A stretch of 38,123 nt of DNA from assembly GCA_002189035.1 (NCBI GenBank), contig NEEC01000242.1, forward strand, positions 1 to 38,123, read 5' to 3'. The position numbers and the translations under genes are program-made. The notes beneath the pieces are model-generated. The model did no database searches and had not been told where the DNA came from. It saw nothing but the letters and a program-made list of their open reading frames with translations. How positions within the stretch are numbered: the stretch's first letter is position 1; each line of letters starts with the position of its first letter. Below, piece by piece: positions 1 to 11,800 of this stretch. Origin of the DNA: Utricularia gibba. Its lineage: Eukaryota; Plantae; Magnoliophyta.

Positions 1-3000
1 ATTATTAACGCAGCCACCAAGGAAGGACACGGAAGAAACATTTCGTTGAGGTTGTTTTTAATATGTCCACAGTTATCGGAAAAACGTAACTCCATATGAT
101 ATTACTTGGAGCACGAATAAAGCTTCCCAATGGTGTGCTATGAAGAGTAAGGCTCTACATGTTTTCGAAGAGGTGCTTCGTGGACCAGGATGTGCGACAT
201 AGTCATTTCATTGCGCATCACCATTCGGGATGCAGCCGAAAAATCACACGTGCACCGGATTTGTTAAAAATAAATATTTACGCATATCCTGAGTATACAA
301 CAGTGTTGGGATAAGTGATGCCACGAAATTCATGATGTAACATGTGACTTTTTCCATCTTGATCGCATATCCGATGAAGTTTGACACCATATGTTTTGGC
401 TGTTGATTGATTCAATTAGTTGCTATGATACTTCTGATTCTTGATGCACCATTCCCTTACACCATGTCTCTAGTGGCTATTTGATTCTTTTGCCGTGTAT
501 CCCATTTGCATCAATGTCGAGAACGAGAAGCACATTATTAAACGCAGCCACCAAGGAAGGACACGGAAGACACTTTCGTTGAGGTTGTTTTTAATATGTC
601 CACAGTTATCGGAAAAACGTAACTCCATATGATATTACTTGGAGCACGAATAAAGCTTCCCAATGGTGTGCTATGAAGAGTAAGGCTCTACATGTTTTCG
701 AAGAGGTGCTTCGTGGACCAGGATGTGCGACATAGTCATTTCATTGCGCATCACCATTCGGGATGCAGCCGAAAAATCACACGTGCACCGGATTTGTTAA
801 AAATAAATATTTACGCATATCCTGAGTATACAACAGTGTTGGGATAAGTGATGCCACGAAATTCATGATGTAACATGTGACTTTTTTCCATCTTGATCGC
901 ATATCCGATGAAGTTTGACACCATATGTTTTGGCTGTTGATTGATTCAATTAGTTGCTATGATACTTCTGATTCTTGATGCACCATTCCCTACACCATGT
1001 CTCTAGTGGCTATTTGATTCTTTTGCCGTGTATCTTGTTTGCATCAATGTCGAGAACGAGAAGCACATTATTAAACGCAGCCACCAAGGAAGGACACGGA
1101 GACACTTTTCGTTGGTTTGTTTTAAATATGTCCACAGTTATCGGAAAAACGTAACTCCATATGATATTACTTGGAGCACGAATAAAGCTTCCCAATGGTG
1201 TGCTATGAAGAGTAAGGCTCTACATGTTTTTCGAAGAGGTGCTTCGTGGACCAGGATGTGCGACATAGTCATTTCATTGCGCATCACCATTCGGGATGCA
1301 GCCGAAAAATCACACGTGCACCGGATTTGTTAAAAATAAATATTTACGCATATCCTGAGTATACAACAGTGTTGGGATAAGTGATGCCACGAAATTCATG
1401 ATGTAACATGTGACTTTTTTCCATCTTGATCGCATATCCGATGAAGTTTGACACCATATGTTTTGGCTGTTGATTGATTCAATTAGTTGCTATGATACTT
1501 CTGATTCTTGATGCACCATTCCCATACACCATGTCTCTAGTGGCTATTTGATTCTTTTGCCGTGTATCCTTTGCATCAATGTCGAGAACGAGAAGCACAT
1601 TATTAAACGCAGCCACCAAGGAAGGACACGGAAGACACTTTTCGTTGAGGTTGTTTTTAATATGTCCACAGTTATCGGAAAAACGTAACTCCATATGATA
1701 TTACTTGGAGCACGAATAAAGCTTCCCAATGGTGTGCTATGAAGAGTAAGGCTCTACATGTTTTCGAAGAGGTGCTTCGTGGACCAGGATGTGCGACATA
1801 GTCATTTCATTGCGCATCACCATTCGGGATGCAGCCGAAAAATCACACGTGCACCGGATTTGTTAAAAATAAATATTTACGCATATCCTGAGTATACAAC
1901 AGTGTTGGGATAAGTGATGCCACGAAATTCATGATGTAACATGTGACTTTTTTCCATCTTGATCGCATATCCGATGAAGTTTGACACCATATGTTTTGGC
2001 TGTTGATTGATTCAATTAGTTGCTATGATACTTCTGATTCTTGATGCACCATTCCCTTACACCATGTCTCTAGTGGCTATTTGATTCTTTTGCCGTGTAT
2101 CCCATTTGCATCAATGTCGAGAACGAGAAGCACATTATTAAACGCAGCCACCAAGGAAGGACACGGAAGACACTTTTCGTTGAGGTTGTTTTTAATATGT
2201 CCACAGTTATCGGAAAAACGTAACTCCATATGATATTACTTGGAGCACGAATAAAGCTTCCCAATGGTGTGCTATGAAGAGTAAGGCTCTACATGTTTTC
2301 GAAGAGGTGCTTCGTGGACCAGGATGTGCGACATAGTCATTTCATTGCGCATCACCATTCGGGATGCAGCCGAAAAATCACACGTGCACCGGATTTGTTA
2401 AAAATAAATATTTACGCATATCCTGAGTATACAACAGTGTTGGGATAAGTGATGCCACGAAATTCATGATGTAACATGTGACTTTTTTTCCATCTTGATC
2501 GCATATCCGATGAAGTTTGACACCATATGTTTTGGCTGTTGATTGATTCAATTAGTTGCTATGATACTTCTGATTCTTGATGCACCATTCCTTACACCAT
2601 GTCTCTAGTGGCTATTTGATTCTTTTGCCGTGTATCCATTTGCATCAATGTCGAGAACGAGAAGCACATTATTAAACGCAGCCACCAAGGAAGGACACGG
2701 AAGACACTTTTCGTTGAGGTTGTTTTTAATATGTCCACAGTTATCGGAAAAACGTAACTCCATATGATATTACTTGGAGCACGAATAAAGCTTCCCAATG
2801 GTGTGCTATGAAGAGTAAGGCTCTACATGTTTTCGAAGAGGTGCTTCGTGGACCAGGATGTGCGACATAGTCATTTCATTGCGCATCACCATTCGGGATG
2901 CAGCCGAAAAATCACACGTGCACCGGATTTGTTAAAAATAAATATTTACGCATATCCTGAGTATACAACAGTGTTGGGATAAGTGATGCCACGAAATTCA

Positions 3001-6000
3001 TGATGTAACATGTGACTTTTTTCCATCTTGATCGCATATCCGATGAAGTTTGACACCATATGTTTTGGCTGTTGATTGATTCAATTAGTTGCTATGATAC
3101 TTCTGATTCTTGATGCACCATTCCCCACCATGTCTCTAGTGGCTATTTGATTCTTTTGCCGTGTATCTTGTTTGCATCAATTTCGAGAACGAGAAGCACA
3201 TTATTAAACGCAGCCACCAAGGAAGGACACGTAAGACACTTTTCGTTGAGGTTTGTTTTAATATGTCCACAGTTATCGGAAAACGTAACTCCATATGATA
3301 TTACTTGGAGCACGAATAAAGCTTCCCAATGGTGTGCTATGAAGAGTAAGGCTCTACATGTTTTGGAAGAGGTGCTTCGTGGACCAGGATGTGCGACATA
3401 GTCATTTCATTGCGCATCACCATTCGGGATGCAGCCGAAAAATCACACGTGCACCGGATTTGTTAAAAATAAAATTTACGCATATCCTGAGTATACAACA
3501 GTGTTGGGATAAGTGATGCCACGAAATTCATGATGTAACATGTGACTTTTTTCCATCTTGATCGCATATCCGATGAAGTTTGACACCATATGTTTTGGCT
3601 GTTGATTGATTCAATTAGTTGCTATGATACTTCTGATTCTTGATGCACCATTCCCATACACCATGTCTCTAGTGGCTATTTGATTCTTTTGCCGTGTATC
3701 CCTTTGCATCAATGTCGAGAACGAGAAGCACATTATTAAACGCAGCAGCCACCAAGGAAGGACACGGAAGACACTTTTCGTTGAGGTTGTTTTTAATATG
3801 TCCACAGTTATCGGAAAAACGTAACTCATATGATATTACTTGAAGCACGAATAAAGCTTCCCAATGGTGTGCTATGAAGAGTAAGGCTCTACATGTTTCG
3901 AAGAGGTGCTTCGTGGACCAGGATGTGCGACATAGTCATTTCATTGCGCATCACCATTCGGGATGCAGCCGAAAAATCACACGTGCACCGGATTTGTTAA
4001 AAATAAATATTTACGCATATCCTGAGTATACAACAGTGTTGGGATAAGTGATGCCACGAAATTCATGATGTAACATGTGACTTTTTTCCATCTTGATCGC
4101 ATATCCGATGAAGTTTGACACCATATGTTTTGGCTGTTGATTGATTCAATTAGTTGCTATGATACTTCTGATTCTTGATGCACCATTCCCTTACACCATG
4201 TCTCTAGTGGCTATTTGATTCTTTTGCCGTGTATCCATTTGCATCAATGTCGAGAACGAGAAGCACATTATTAAACGCAGCCACCAAGGAAGGACACGGA
4301 AGACACTTTTCGTTGAGGTTGTTTTTAATATGTCCACAGTTATCGGAAAAACGTAACTCCATATGATATTACTTGGAGCACGAATAAAGCTTCCCAATGG
4401 TGTGCTATGAAGAGTAAGGCTCTACATGTTTTCGAAGAGGTGCTTCGTGGACCAGGATGTGCGACATAGTCATTTCATTGCGCATCACCATTCGGGATGC
4501 AGCCGAAAATCACACGTGCACCGGATTTGTTAAAAATAAATATTTACGCATATCCTGAGTATACAACAGTGTTGGGATAAGTGATGCCACGAAATTCATG
4601 ATGTAACATGTGACTTTTTTCCATCTTGATCGCATATCCGATGAAGTTTGACACACATATGTTTTGGCTGTTGATTGATTCAATTAGTTGCTATGATACT
4701 TCTGATTCTTGATGCACCATTCCCTTACACCATGTCTCTAGTGGCTATTTGATTCTTTTGCCGTGTATCCATTTGCATCAATGTCGAGAACGAGAAGCAC
4801 ATTATTAAACGCAGCCACCAAGGAAGGACACGGAAGACACTTTTCGTTGAGGTTGTTTTTAATATGTCCACAGTTATCGGAAAAACGTAACTCCATATGA
4901 TATTACTTGGAGCACGAATAAAGCTTCCCAATGGTGTGCTATGAAGAGTAAGGCTCTACATGTTTTCGAAGAGGTGCTTCGTGGACCAGGATGTGCGACA
5001 TAGTCATTTCATTGCGCATCACCATTCGGGATGCAGCCGAAAAATCACACGTGCACCGGATTTGTTAAAAATAAATATTTACGCATATCCTGAGTATACA
5101 ACAGTGTTGGGATAAGTGATGCCACGAAATTCATGATGTAACATGTGACTTTTTTCCATCTTGATCGCATATCCGATGAAGTTTGACACCATATGTTTTG
5201 GCTGTTGATTGATTCAATTAGTTGCTATGATACTTCTGATTCTTGATGCACCATTCCCTTACACCATGTCTCTAGTGGCTATTTGATTCTTTTGCCGTGT
5301 ATCTTGTTTGCATCAATGTCGAGAACGAGAAGCACATTATTAAACGCAGCCACCAAGGAAGGACACGTAAGACACACTTTTCGTTGAGGTTTGTTTTAAT
5401 ATGTCCACAGTTATCGGAAAAACGTAACTCCATATGATATTACTTGGAGCACGAATAAAGCTTCCCAATGGTGTGCTATGAAGAGTAAGGCTCTACATGT
5501 TTTCGAAGAGGTGCTTCGTGGACCAGGATGTGCGACATAGTCATTTCATTGCGCATCATTTCGGGATGCAGCCGAAAAAATCACACGTGCACCGGATTTG
5601 TTAAAAATAAATATTTACGCATATCCTGAGTATACAACAGTGTTGGGATAAGTGATGCCACGAAATTCATGATGTAACATGTGACTTTTTTCCATCTTGA
5701 TCGCATATCCGATGAAGTTTGACACCATATGTTTTGGGCTGTTGATTGATTCAATTAGTTGCTATGATACTTCTGATTCTTGATGCACCATTCCCATACA
5801 CCATGTCTCTAGTGGCTATTTGATTCTTTTGCCGTGTATCTTGTTTGCATCAATTTCGAGAACGAGAAGCACATATTAAACGCAGCCACCAAGGAAGGAC
5901 ACGGAAGACACTTTTCGTTGAGGTTGTTTTTAATATGTCCACAGTTATCGGAAAAACGTAACTCCATATGATATTACTTGGAGCACGAATAAAGCTTCCC

Positions 6001-8624
6001 AATGGTGTGCTATGAAGAGTAAGGCTCTACATGTTTTCGAAGAGGTGCTTCGTGGACCAGGATGTGCGACATAGTCATTTCATTGCGCATCACCATTCGG
6101 GATGCAGCCGAAAAATCACACGTGCACCGGATTTGTTAAAAATAAATATTTACGCATATCCTGAGTATACAACAGTGTTGGGATAAGTGATGCCACGAAA
6201 TTCATGATGTAACATGTGACTTTTTTCCATCTTGATCGCATATCCGATGAAGTTTGACACCATATGTTTTGGCTGTTGATTGATTCAATTAGTTGCTATG
6301 ATACTTCTGATTCTTGATGCACCATTCCCACACCATGTCTCTAGTGGCTATTTGATTCTTTTGCCGTGTATCCATTTGCATCAATGTCGAGAACGAGAAG
6401 CACATTATTAAACGCAGCCACCAAGGAAGGACACGAAGACACTTTTCGTTGAGGTTGTTTTTTAATATGTCCACAGTTATCGGAAAAACGTAACTCCATA
6501 TGATATTACTTGGAGCACGAATAAAGCTTCCCAATGGTGTGCTATGAAGAGTAAGGCTCTACATGTTTTCGAAGAGGTGCTTCGTGGACCAGGATGTGCG
6601 ACATAGTCATTTCATTGCGCATCACCATTCGGGATGCAGCCGAAAAATCACACGTGCACCGGATTTGTTAAAAATAAATATTTACGCATATCCTGAGTAT
6701 ACAACAGTGTTGGGATAAGTGATGCCACGAAATTCATGATGTAACATGTGACTTTTTTCCATCTTGATCGCATATCCGATGAAGTTTGACACCATATGTT
6801 TTGGCTGTTGATTGATTCAATTAGTTGCTATGATACTTCTGATTCTTGATGCACCATTCCCTTACACCATGTCTCTAGTGGCTATTTGATTCTTTTGCCG
6901 TGTATCCCATTTGCATCAATGTCGAGAACGAGAAGCACATTATTAAACGCAGCCACCAAGGAAGGACACGGAAGACACTTTCGTTGAGGTTGTTTTTAAT
7001 ATGTCCACAGTTATCGGAAAAACGTAACTCCATATGATATTACTTGGAGCACGAATAAAGCTTCCCAATGGTGTGCTATGAAGAGTAAGGCTCTACATGT
7101 TTTCGAAGAGGTGCTTCGTGGACCAGGATGTGCGACATAGTCATTTCATTGCGCATCACCATTCGGGATGCAGCCGAAAAATCACACGTGCACCGGATTT
7201 GTTAAAAATAAATATTTACGCATATCCTGAGTATACAACAGTGTTGGGATAAGTGATGCCGAAATTCATGATGTAACATGTGACTTTTTTCCATCTTGAT
7301 CGCATATCCGATGAAGTTTGACACCATATGTTTTGGCTGTTGATTGATTCAATTAGTTGCTATGATACTTCTGATTCTTGATGCACCATTCCATTACACC
7401 ATGTCTCTAGTGGCTATTTGATTCTTTTGCCGTGTATCCCATTTGCATCAATGTCGAGAACGAGAAGCACATTATTAAACGCAGCCACCAAGGAAGGACA
7501 CGGAAGACACTTTTCGTTGAGGTTGTTTTTAATATGTCCACAGTTATCGGAAAAACGTAACTCCATATGATATTACTTGGAGCACGAATAAAGCTTCCCA
7601 ATGGTGTGCTATGAAGAGTAAGGCTCTACATGTTTTCGAAGAGGTGCTTCGTGGACCAGGATGTGCGACATAGTCATTTCATTGCGCATCACCATTCGGG
7701 ATGCAGCCGAAAAATCACACGTGCACCGGATTTGTTAAAAATAAATATTTACGCATATCCTGAGTATACAACAGTGTTGGGATAAGTGATGCCACGAAAT
7801 TCATGATGTAACATGTGACTTTTTTCCATCTTGATCGCATATCCGATGAAGTTTGACACCATATGTTTTGGCTGTTGATTGATTCAATTAGTTGCTATGA
7901 TACTTCTGATTCTTGATGCACCATTCCCTTACACCATGTCTCTAGTGGCTATTTGATTCTTTTGCCGTGTATCTTGTTTGCATCAATTTCGAGAACGAGA
8001 AGCACATTATTAAACGCAGCCACCAAGGAAGGACACGGAAGACACTTTTCGTTGAGGTTGTTTTAATATGTCCACAGTTATCGGAAAAACGTAACTCCAT
8101 ATGATATTACTTGGAGCACGAATAAAGCTTCCCAATGGTGTGCTATGAAGAGTAAGGCTCTACATGTTTTGGAAGAGGTGCTTCGTGGACCAGGATGTGC
8201 GACATAGTCATTTCATTGCGCATCACCATTCGGGATGCAGCCGAAAAATCACACGTGCACCGGATTTGTTAAAAATAAATATTTACGCATATCCTGAGTA
8301 TACAACAGTGTTGGGATAAGTGATGCCACGAAATTCATGATGTAACATGTGACTTTTTTCCATCTTGATCGCATATCCGATGAAGTTTGACACCATATGT
8401 TTTGGCTGTTGATTGATTCAATTAGTTGCTATGATACTTCTGATTTTTGATGCACCATTCCCTTACACCATGTCTCTAGTGGCTATTTGATTCTTTTGCC
8501 GTGTATCCCATTTGCATCAATGTCGAGAACGAGAAGCACATTATTAAACGCAGCCACCAAGGAAGGACACGGAAGACACTTTTCGTTGAGGTTGTTTTTA
8601 ATATGTCCACAGTTATCGGAAAAA

Positions 8625-8655
8625 CGTAACTCCATATGATATTACTTGGAGCACG
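8625..8655. other. Small imperfect inverted repeat / hairpin (one per monomer; B equivalent 25,587-25,617)
   Basis: A: CGT-AA-CTCCA [TATGATATTACT] TGGAG-C-ACG. B: CGA-AA-CTCCAA [ATTATACTAC] TTGGAG-C-TCG. The inverted repeat is visible in the sequence; any function is unknown. Confidence 0.4.
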
Positions 8656-8767
8656 AATAAAGCTTCCCAATGGTGTGCTATGAAGAGTAAGGCTCTACAT
8701 GTTTTCGAAGAGGTGCTTCGTGGACCAGGATGTGCGACATAGTCATTTCATTGCGCATCACCATTCG

Positions 8768-8887
8768 GGATGCAGCCGAAAAATCACACGTGCACCGGAT
8801 TTGTTAAAAATAAATATTTACGCATATCCTGAGTATACAACAGTGTTGGGATAAGTGATGCCACGAAATTCATGATGTAACATGTGA
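8768..8887 (+). pseudogene. Degenerate 5S rRNA-like segment (one per monomer; shown for the type A reference monomer)
   Basis: Hand alignment to the angiosperm 5S rRNA sequence recalled from memory. GGATGC at position 1, CAC at 18-20 and TGCACCGGAT at 24-33 match with no gaps (22/33). ATTTACGCAT resembles the A-box AGTTAAGCGT, AGTGTTGGGATAAGTGA resembles AGTACTAGGATGGGTGA (12/17), and GAAATTCATGATGTAACAT resembles GGAAGTCCTCGTGTTGCAT (12/19). About 64/116 identities overall with a few 1-nt gaps. The canonical 5S helices do not form well, so it is called non-functional. Not confirmed by any search. Confidence 0.45.
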
Positions 8888-8888
8888 C

Positions 8889-8894
8889 TTTTTT
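8889..8894 (+). terminator. T6 run at the position expected for a Pol III terminator after the 5S-like segment (one per monomer)
   Basis: GTGACTTTTTTCC is present in both A and B monomers. The run begins at position 122 counted from the 5S-like start. The call depends entirely on the 5S interpretation. Confidence 0.25.
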
Positions 8895-11800
8895 CCATCT
8901 TGATCGCATATCCGATGAAGTTTGACACCATATGTTTTGGCTGTTGATTGATTCAATTAGTTGCTATGATACTTCTGATTCTTGATGCACCATTCCCTTA
9001 CACCATGTCTCTAGTGGCTATTTGATTCTTTTGCCGTGTATCCCATTTGCATCAATGTCGAGAACGAGAAGCACATTATTAAACGCAGCCACCAAGGAAG
9101 GACACGGAAGACACATTTTCGTTGAGGTTGTTTTTAATATGTCCACAGTTATCGGAAAAACGTAACTCCATATGATATTACTTGGAGCACGAATAAAGCT
9201 TCCCAATGGTGTGCTATGAAGAGTAAGGCTCTACATGTTTTCGAAGAGGTGCTTCGTGGACCAGGATGTGCGACATAGTCATTTCATTGCGCATCACCAT
9301 TCGGGATGCAGCCGAAAAATCACACGTGCACCGGATTTGTTAAAAATAAATATTTACGCATATCCTGAGTATACAACAGTGTTGGGATAAGTGATGCCAC
9401 GAAATTCATGATGTAACATGTGACTTTTTTCCATCTTGATCGCATATCCGATGAAGTTTGACACCATATGTTTTGGCTGTTGATTGATTCAATTAGTTGC
9501 TATGATACTTCTGATTCTTGATGCACATTCCCTTACACCATGTCTCTAGTGGCTATTTGATTCTTTTGCCGTGTATCCCATTTGCATCAATGTCGAGAAC
9601 GAGAAGCACATTATTAAACGCAGCCACCAAGGAAGGACACGGAAGACACTTTTCGTTGAGGTTGTTTTTAATATGTCCACAGTTATCGGAAAAACGTAAC
9701 TCCATATGATATTACTTGGAGCACGAATAAAGCTTCCCAATGGTGTGCTATGAAGAGTAAGGCTCTACATGTTTTCGAAGAGGTGCTTCGTGGACCAGGA
9801 TGTGCGACATAGTCATTTCATTGCGCATCACCATTCGGGATGCAGCCGAAAAATCACACGTGCACCGGATTTGTTAAAAATAAATATTTACGCATATCCT
9901 GAGTATACAACAGTGTTGGGATAAGTGATGCCACGAAATTCATGATGTAACATGTGACTTTTTTCCATCTTGATCGCATATCCGATGAAGTTTGACACCA
10001 TATGTTTTGGCTGTTGATTGATTCAATTAGTTGCTATGATACTTCTGATTCTTGATGCACCATTCCCTTACACCATGTCTCTAGTGGCTATTTGATTCTT
10101 TTGCCGTGTATCTTGTTTGCATCAATTTCGAGAACGAGAAGCACATTATTAAACGCAGCCACCAAGGAAGGACACGGAAGACACTTTTCGTTGTGGTTTG
10201 TTTTAATATGTCCACAGTTATCGGACAAACGTAACTCCATATGATATACTTGGAGCACGAATAAAGCTTCCCAATGGTGTGCTATGAAGAGTAAGGCTCT
10301 ACATGTTTTGGAAGAGGTGCTTCGTGGACCAGGATGTGCGACATAGTCATTTCATTGCGCATCACCATTCGGGTGCAGCCTAAAAATCACACGTGCACCG
10401 GATTTGTTAAAAATAAATATTTACGCATATCCTGAGTATACAACAGTGTTGGGATAAGTGATGCCACGAAATTCATGATGTAACATGTGACTTTTCCATC
10501 TTGATCGCATATCCGATGAAGTTTGACACCATATGTTTTGGCTGTTGATTGATTCAATTAGTTGCTATGATACTTCTGATTCTTGATGCACCATTCCCAT
10601 ACACCATGTCTCTAGTGGCTATTTGATTCTTTTGCCGTGTATCCTTTGCATCAATTTCGAGAACGAGAAGCACATTATTAAACGCAGCCACCAAGGAAGG
10701 ACACGGAAGACACTTTTCGTTGAGGTTGTTTTTAATATGTCCACAGTTATCGGAAAAACGTAACTCCATATGATATTACTTGAAGCACGAATAAAGCTTC
10801 CCAATGGTGTGCTATGAAGAGTAAGGCTCTACATGTTTTCGAAGAGGTGCTTCGTGGACCAGGATGTGCGACATAGTCATTTCATTGCGCATCACCATTC
10901 GGGATGCAGCCGAAAAATCACACGTGCACCGGATTTGTTAAAAATAAATATTTACGCATATCCTGAGTATACAACAGTGTTGGGATAAGTGATGCCACGA
11001 AATTCATGATGTAACATGTGACTTTTTTCCATCTTGATCGCATATCCGATGAAGTTTGACACCATATGTTTTGGCTGTTGATTGATTCAATTAGTTGCTA
11101 TGATACTTCTGATTCTTGATGCACCATTCCCTTACACCATGTCTCTAGTGGCTATTTGATTCTTTTGCCGTGTATCCCATTTGCATCAATGTCGAGAACG
11201 AGAAGCACATTATTAAACGCAGCCACCAAGGAAGGACACGGAAGACACTTTTCGTTGAGGTTGTTTTTAATATGTCCACAGTTATCGGAAAAAACGTAAC
11301 TCCATATGATATTACTTGGAGCACGAATAAAGCTTCCCAATGGTGTGCTATGAAGAGTAAGGCTCTACATGTTTTCGAAGAGGTGCTTCGTGGACCAGGA
11401 TGTGCGACATAGTCATTTCATTGCGCATCACCATTCGGGATGCAGCCGAAAAATCACACGTGCACCGGATTTGTTAAAAAATAAATATTTACGCATATCC
11501 TGAGTATACAACAGTGTTGGGATAAGTGATGCCACGAAATTCATGATGTAACATGTGACTTTTTTCCATCTTGATCGCATATCCGATGAAGTTTGACACC
11601 ATATGTTTTGGCTGTTGATTGATTCAATTAGTTGCTATGATACTTCTGATTCTTGATGCACCATTCCCTTACACCATGTCTCTAGTGGCTATTTGATTCT
11701 TTTGCCGTGTATCCCATTTGCATCAATGTCGAGAACGAGAAGCACATTATTAAACGCAGCCACCAAGGAAGGACACGGAAGACACTTTCGTTGAGGTTGT

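Larger units (their letters stand above)
8461..8995. repeat. Representative clean type A monomer (535 bp)
   Basis: CCTTACACC at 8461 recurs at 8996, giving 535 bp. Hand count: 106 C + 111 G = 40.6% GC. Used as the coordinate reference for the findings. Confidence 0.95.

Noticed and set aside
8728-8767. Plant 5S upstream promoter elements (GC near -12, C near -1) and a possible second 5S 5'-end fragment GGATGTGCGACATA at ~8728
   Set aside because: The motifs are too short and need shifted start points or gaps, and there is no TATA-like element at about -28. Not informative on their own.
8768-8887. Functional 5S rRNA gene
   Set aside because: Helix I pairs only partly, helices II and III lack partners, and loop E AGUA reads AGUG. 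I therefore did not call it rRNA.
8787-8888. Point-centromere-like arrangement: GTCACATG (CDEI consensus RTCACRTG) on the minus strand at 8881-8888, CCG about 80 bp away, and a CACGTG E-box at 8787-8792
   Set aside because: The intervening DNA is far below the >90% AT of CDEII, there is no CDEIII match, and such 6-8-mers are expected by chance at this length.
8860-8925. Hammerhead ribozyme / retrozyme (CGAAA at ~8864 and CCGATGA at ~8912)
   Set aside because: The core would need CUGANGA, and stem II cannot be formed between the sequence before GAAA and that after CCGATGA. I found no CUGANGA on the minus strand either.
8768-8975. Cassandra TRIM or other LTR tandem array (5S-bearing LTRs); PBS-like GTATCATAGC on the minus strand near 8963-8972
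   Set aside because: The 5S similarity covers the full ~120 nt including the 5' end and T-run, not just the internal core. The PBS-like match lacks TGG and lies opposite to the 5S orientation. I see no TG...CA LTR ends or PPT placement.
8461-8995. Endless-ORF concatemer of the kind made by DRT2-type reverse transcriptases
   Set aside because: The A monomer is 535 bp (not a multiple of 3). B is 534 bp but has stops in every frame.
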